This document shows positions 61,531 through 64,000 of a stretch of 64,000 bases of DNA, piece after piece; position 1 is the first letter of the stretch, and each line of letters begins with the position of its first letter. Position numbers and translations under genes: made by a program. The stretch lies in assembly GCF_002113885.1 (NCBI RefSeq), contig NW_018408783.1, positions 1,378,819 through 1,442,818 of the forward strand. The letters are read 5' to 3'. This DNA comes from Mizuhopecten yessoensis. Its lineage: Eukaryota. The notes beneath the pieces are model-generated. The model did no database searches and had not been told where the DNA came from. It saw only the letters and a list, made by a program, of their open reading frames with translations.

Positions 61531-63175
61531 TCTCTTTACAGACTCCATGTACATACCACCCTTTATTTATTCATTTATGTGCATATTGCGATGATTATCT
61601 TCTTGCATTGCTTTATGTATAATGGTGATTGTAAGCCATTTTTGTTTCTTAATTATAGCTAATACTATTATCCGTATGTTGTAAAGCGCTTTAGAGTATT
61701 TTTTACAAATTATATAGGTCGTTATATTAATGTTGCATATTATTATTATCACAAGCTAACCAAAACATAATATATATAATATTGTCCTTTTGATGCAACA
61801 GCAATTTAATTATAAAATGAAATCTAAAGGCAAACAGGGTTATGTCTTCCTTTGTTAGTTATGCGATTTTGCCATCAACAATAACCACAAAATTGTGTTT
61901 AAGTACTTTCGAATAGAAGTGTTAATCATAGTTGAAACATTAGTCGACATATCACAGTGATCAATTGTTGCCAGTTTCTCTCTTAACAGGACAAAGGCGT
62001 TCAAGGAATTAGAGAACGTACGCATTTAAGATTACTCAGTTATGGCATCTGTCGTCATCACTAGTGTGTGTTTACATTGCAGTGATCATCCGGTTTGTCC
62101 AAAATAACATATTTCCTTAACTCCTTGCTATCTTTTCTTGTTAATAAAAAGGAGATTGCTTTGATATTTAAGCAATGGTGATATAACATTTTCATTAAGT
62201 CATGCTAGACAGAAAAAAAGTCATCGAAGGCAAATAAATCTCTAATGATGGGCTCGACTAAAGGTTACATCAATTACTGTTTGTTTCTTCTTGCAAGGCA
62301 AGCCCATGTTTGATTGTAGGGTTGGAATCTCAAATTATTCATATACATAATAATAATGTATGTATTTCAATATTTTGAGTCTCGACTAAGTCCTAAGGGG
62401 CGAGACTGAATCCTGAACACACTTGTGGTAGCCTATGTGTATCCATATTTTTATACAGAAATAACGTGATAATACAGTGTATCATTGACTGTCTCTACCA
62501 TTTCCATTCGCATGGTATGACCAAGAGACTAAATCCTAAGTGATCAACAGTCACAGCCAAAGATTGAGATCTAAGCTTTTCCATGATTTGATCCAGACAC
62601 TGCATTATCCCAGAATGAGTAGTTCTAGCAATGTATTTGAACAAAGGTACGTAGCTCCATAAATTCGGGGCCAACTTTTTATATTTGAAAAAAAAAAAAA
62701 TATTCCCCTCAATGAAAGCATCATATGTTCCACGTATCTTTGAAATTGTTGAAGTTCATGCTCTTCAATTCAGATATTCTTTCTAATTCGTTTTGTCAAC
62801 AGACCGATGGGCAGATAGATGCATGGACAGACAGACAACCCAAATGCATTATAACACCTTACCTATATTATACATGTATTGGCTTTCAGGTAGGGAAACA
62901 CAATGCACAAGGGCCGAGGGAAAACAAAGAACCGCTCTTCCCTAATGCAAAATCAATAAATGGGTTTAACTAAACGTATATAGAACAATAACACAACTGT
63001 GATCCGGAGGATAACTAATATCCCCCGCAGTTACTGGAAGTTTATATTCATGTATTGACCTTGACCTTAGGGTCATCTTACTGAAATGGGAACTCATTCG
63101 AGATATTGTGGCTCTTTACATATAGGCAAAGTTTCATAACTTGCTTATGATCCATATTAATGTATTGTAAAATGT

Positions 63176-64000
63176 TACAAGAGACCCAATGGGTCTGTAT
63201 CTCTCACTTGGTGTTAATCTCCCACACATAAATCGGACTAAAATAAAGCTACTGGCAAAATATCAGTATCTTTGATTCAAAAGAACCCATTAAATGATTT
63301 CAACACATTTGACACCTGTGACCTTAAAAGTAAAACATGGCCATAAAATTGGACAAACTTGATAGCCCTTTACACTGTATCCCAGAATCCAACTTGCCAA
63401 ATATCCCCACCTTCGACCTTTTGTTAATTGAGAGCACGTCTTTTAAAGGTTCATTTCACCATTGGCTGCGTTTACATTACCGTAGTATACGTTACTTTAA
63501 ATAACTGTATTAGTTCCAAAGAAGAAGTCATTTCAACCTAAAGAGTAAGTAAGTAAACAGAACACTTTTTTCTCACATTTACACTTACTGAATATCACAT
63601 GCACATGTATCGTTTGAAATAAAATCATAGACAACTAACTATATGCAGTCAATGATTCCCATATACATATATATACAGTGATTGTCATTGTGATTGTCAA
63701 TGGGTTGATGAAGTTATTCCTTTTGCCCTGCCTCTTCAGCAATGTTGAGTGTCAGCCCCTGCATTTGTACTGATGTTTGAATCGCAATCACAGGAAAATT
63801 ATCCTTATATAACCATACATGGCTGATATCTATCTCATAGTTTTAGGAAAGATGCTATATGCAAAATTACCATTTTGTCCCCATCCCTCGGACCTGCTGT
63901 TTGTACAATTTTGAATTTCCCACATCCGCACAGTTCTTCCAAGCAAATGTGGATGATATCCTTCTCATAGTTTTAGAAAATTAAGTGTTTAAAAAATATG
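63176..64000 (+). mobile_element. Probable non-autonomous Helentron/MITE-like repeat typical of bivalves
   Basis: Starts ACAAGAGACCCAATGGGTCTGTATCTCTCACTTG (short hairpin); TGACC-type motifs; internal duplicated GATATC...CTCATAGTTTTAG. Recognition by resemblance only. Confidence 0.4.

Overview
AT-rich, spliced-gene animal genomic DNA. The repeat landscape suggests a mollusc, probably a bivalve (inference). From left to right the window holds: a ~40-bp satellite; a multi-exon gene for a highly charged low-complexity protein (basic R/K/S blocks, then a D/E/S-rich tail); and a tandem segmental triplication (copies A ~6.98-19.16 kb, B ~21.39-32.66 kb, C ~36.73-57.92 kb). Each copy carries a 3-coding-exon MFS transporter of the MFSD4/NaGLT1 type. 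A and B are pseudogenes and only C is intact. Copy C is enlarged by three insertions whose empty sites are visible in copies A/B. (1) A young, intact 6.9-kb Ty3/Gypsy LTR retrotransposon (176-bp LTRs, ATAT TSD, tRNA-Leu PBS). It carries an extra SGNH/GDSL-hydrolase ORF in front of gag-pol; that ORF has no Met and is apparently started by splicing. This is the best candidate for an undescribed system. (2) A Penelope-like element with an inverted pLTR fragment and a decayed hammerhead-like motif. (3) A KolobokP-type composite DNA transposon with ~457-bp long terminal direct repeats, a DDE transposase and an antisense His-Me finger nuclease. Also present are Tc1/mariner copies, LINE/SINE remnants, local satellite expansions, templated insertions and a 578-N assembly gap.
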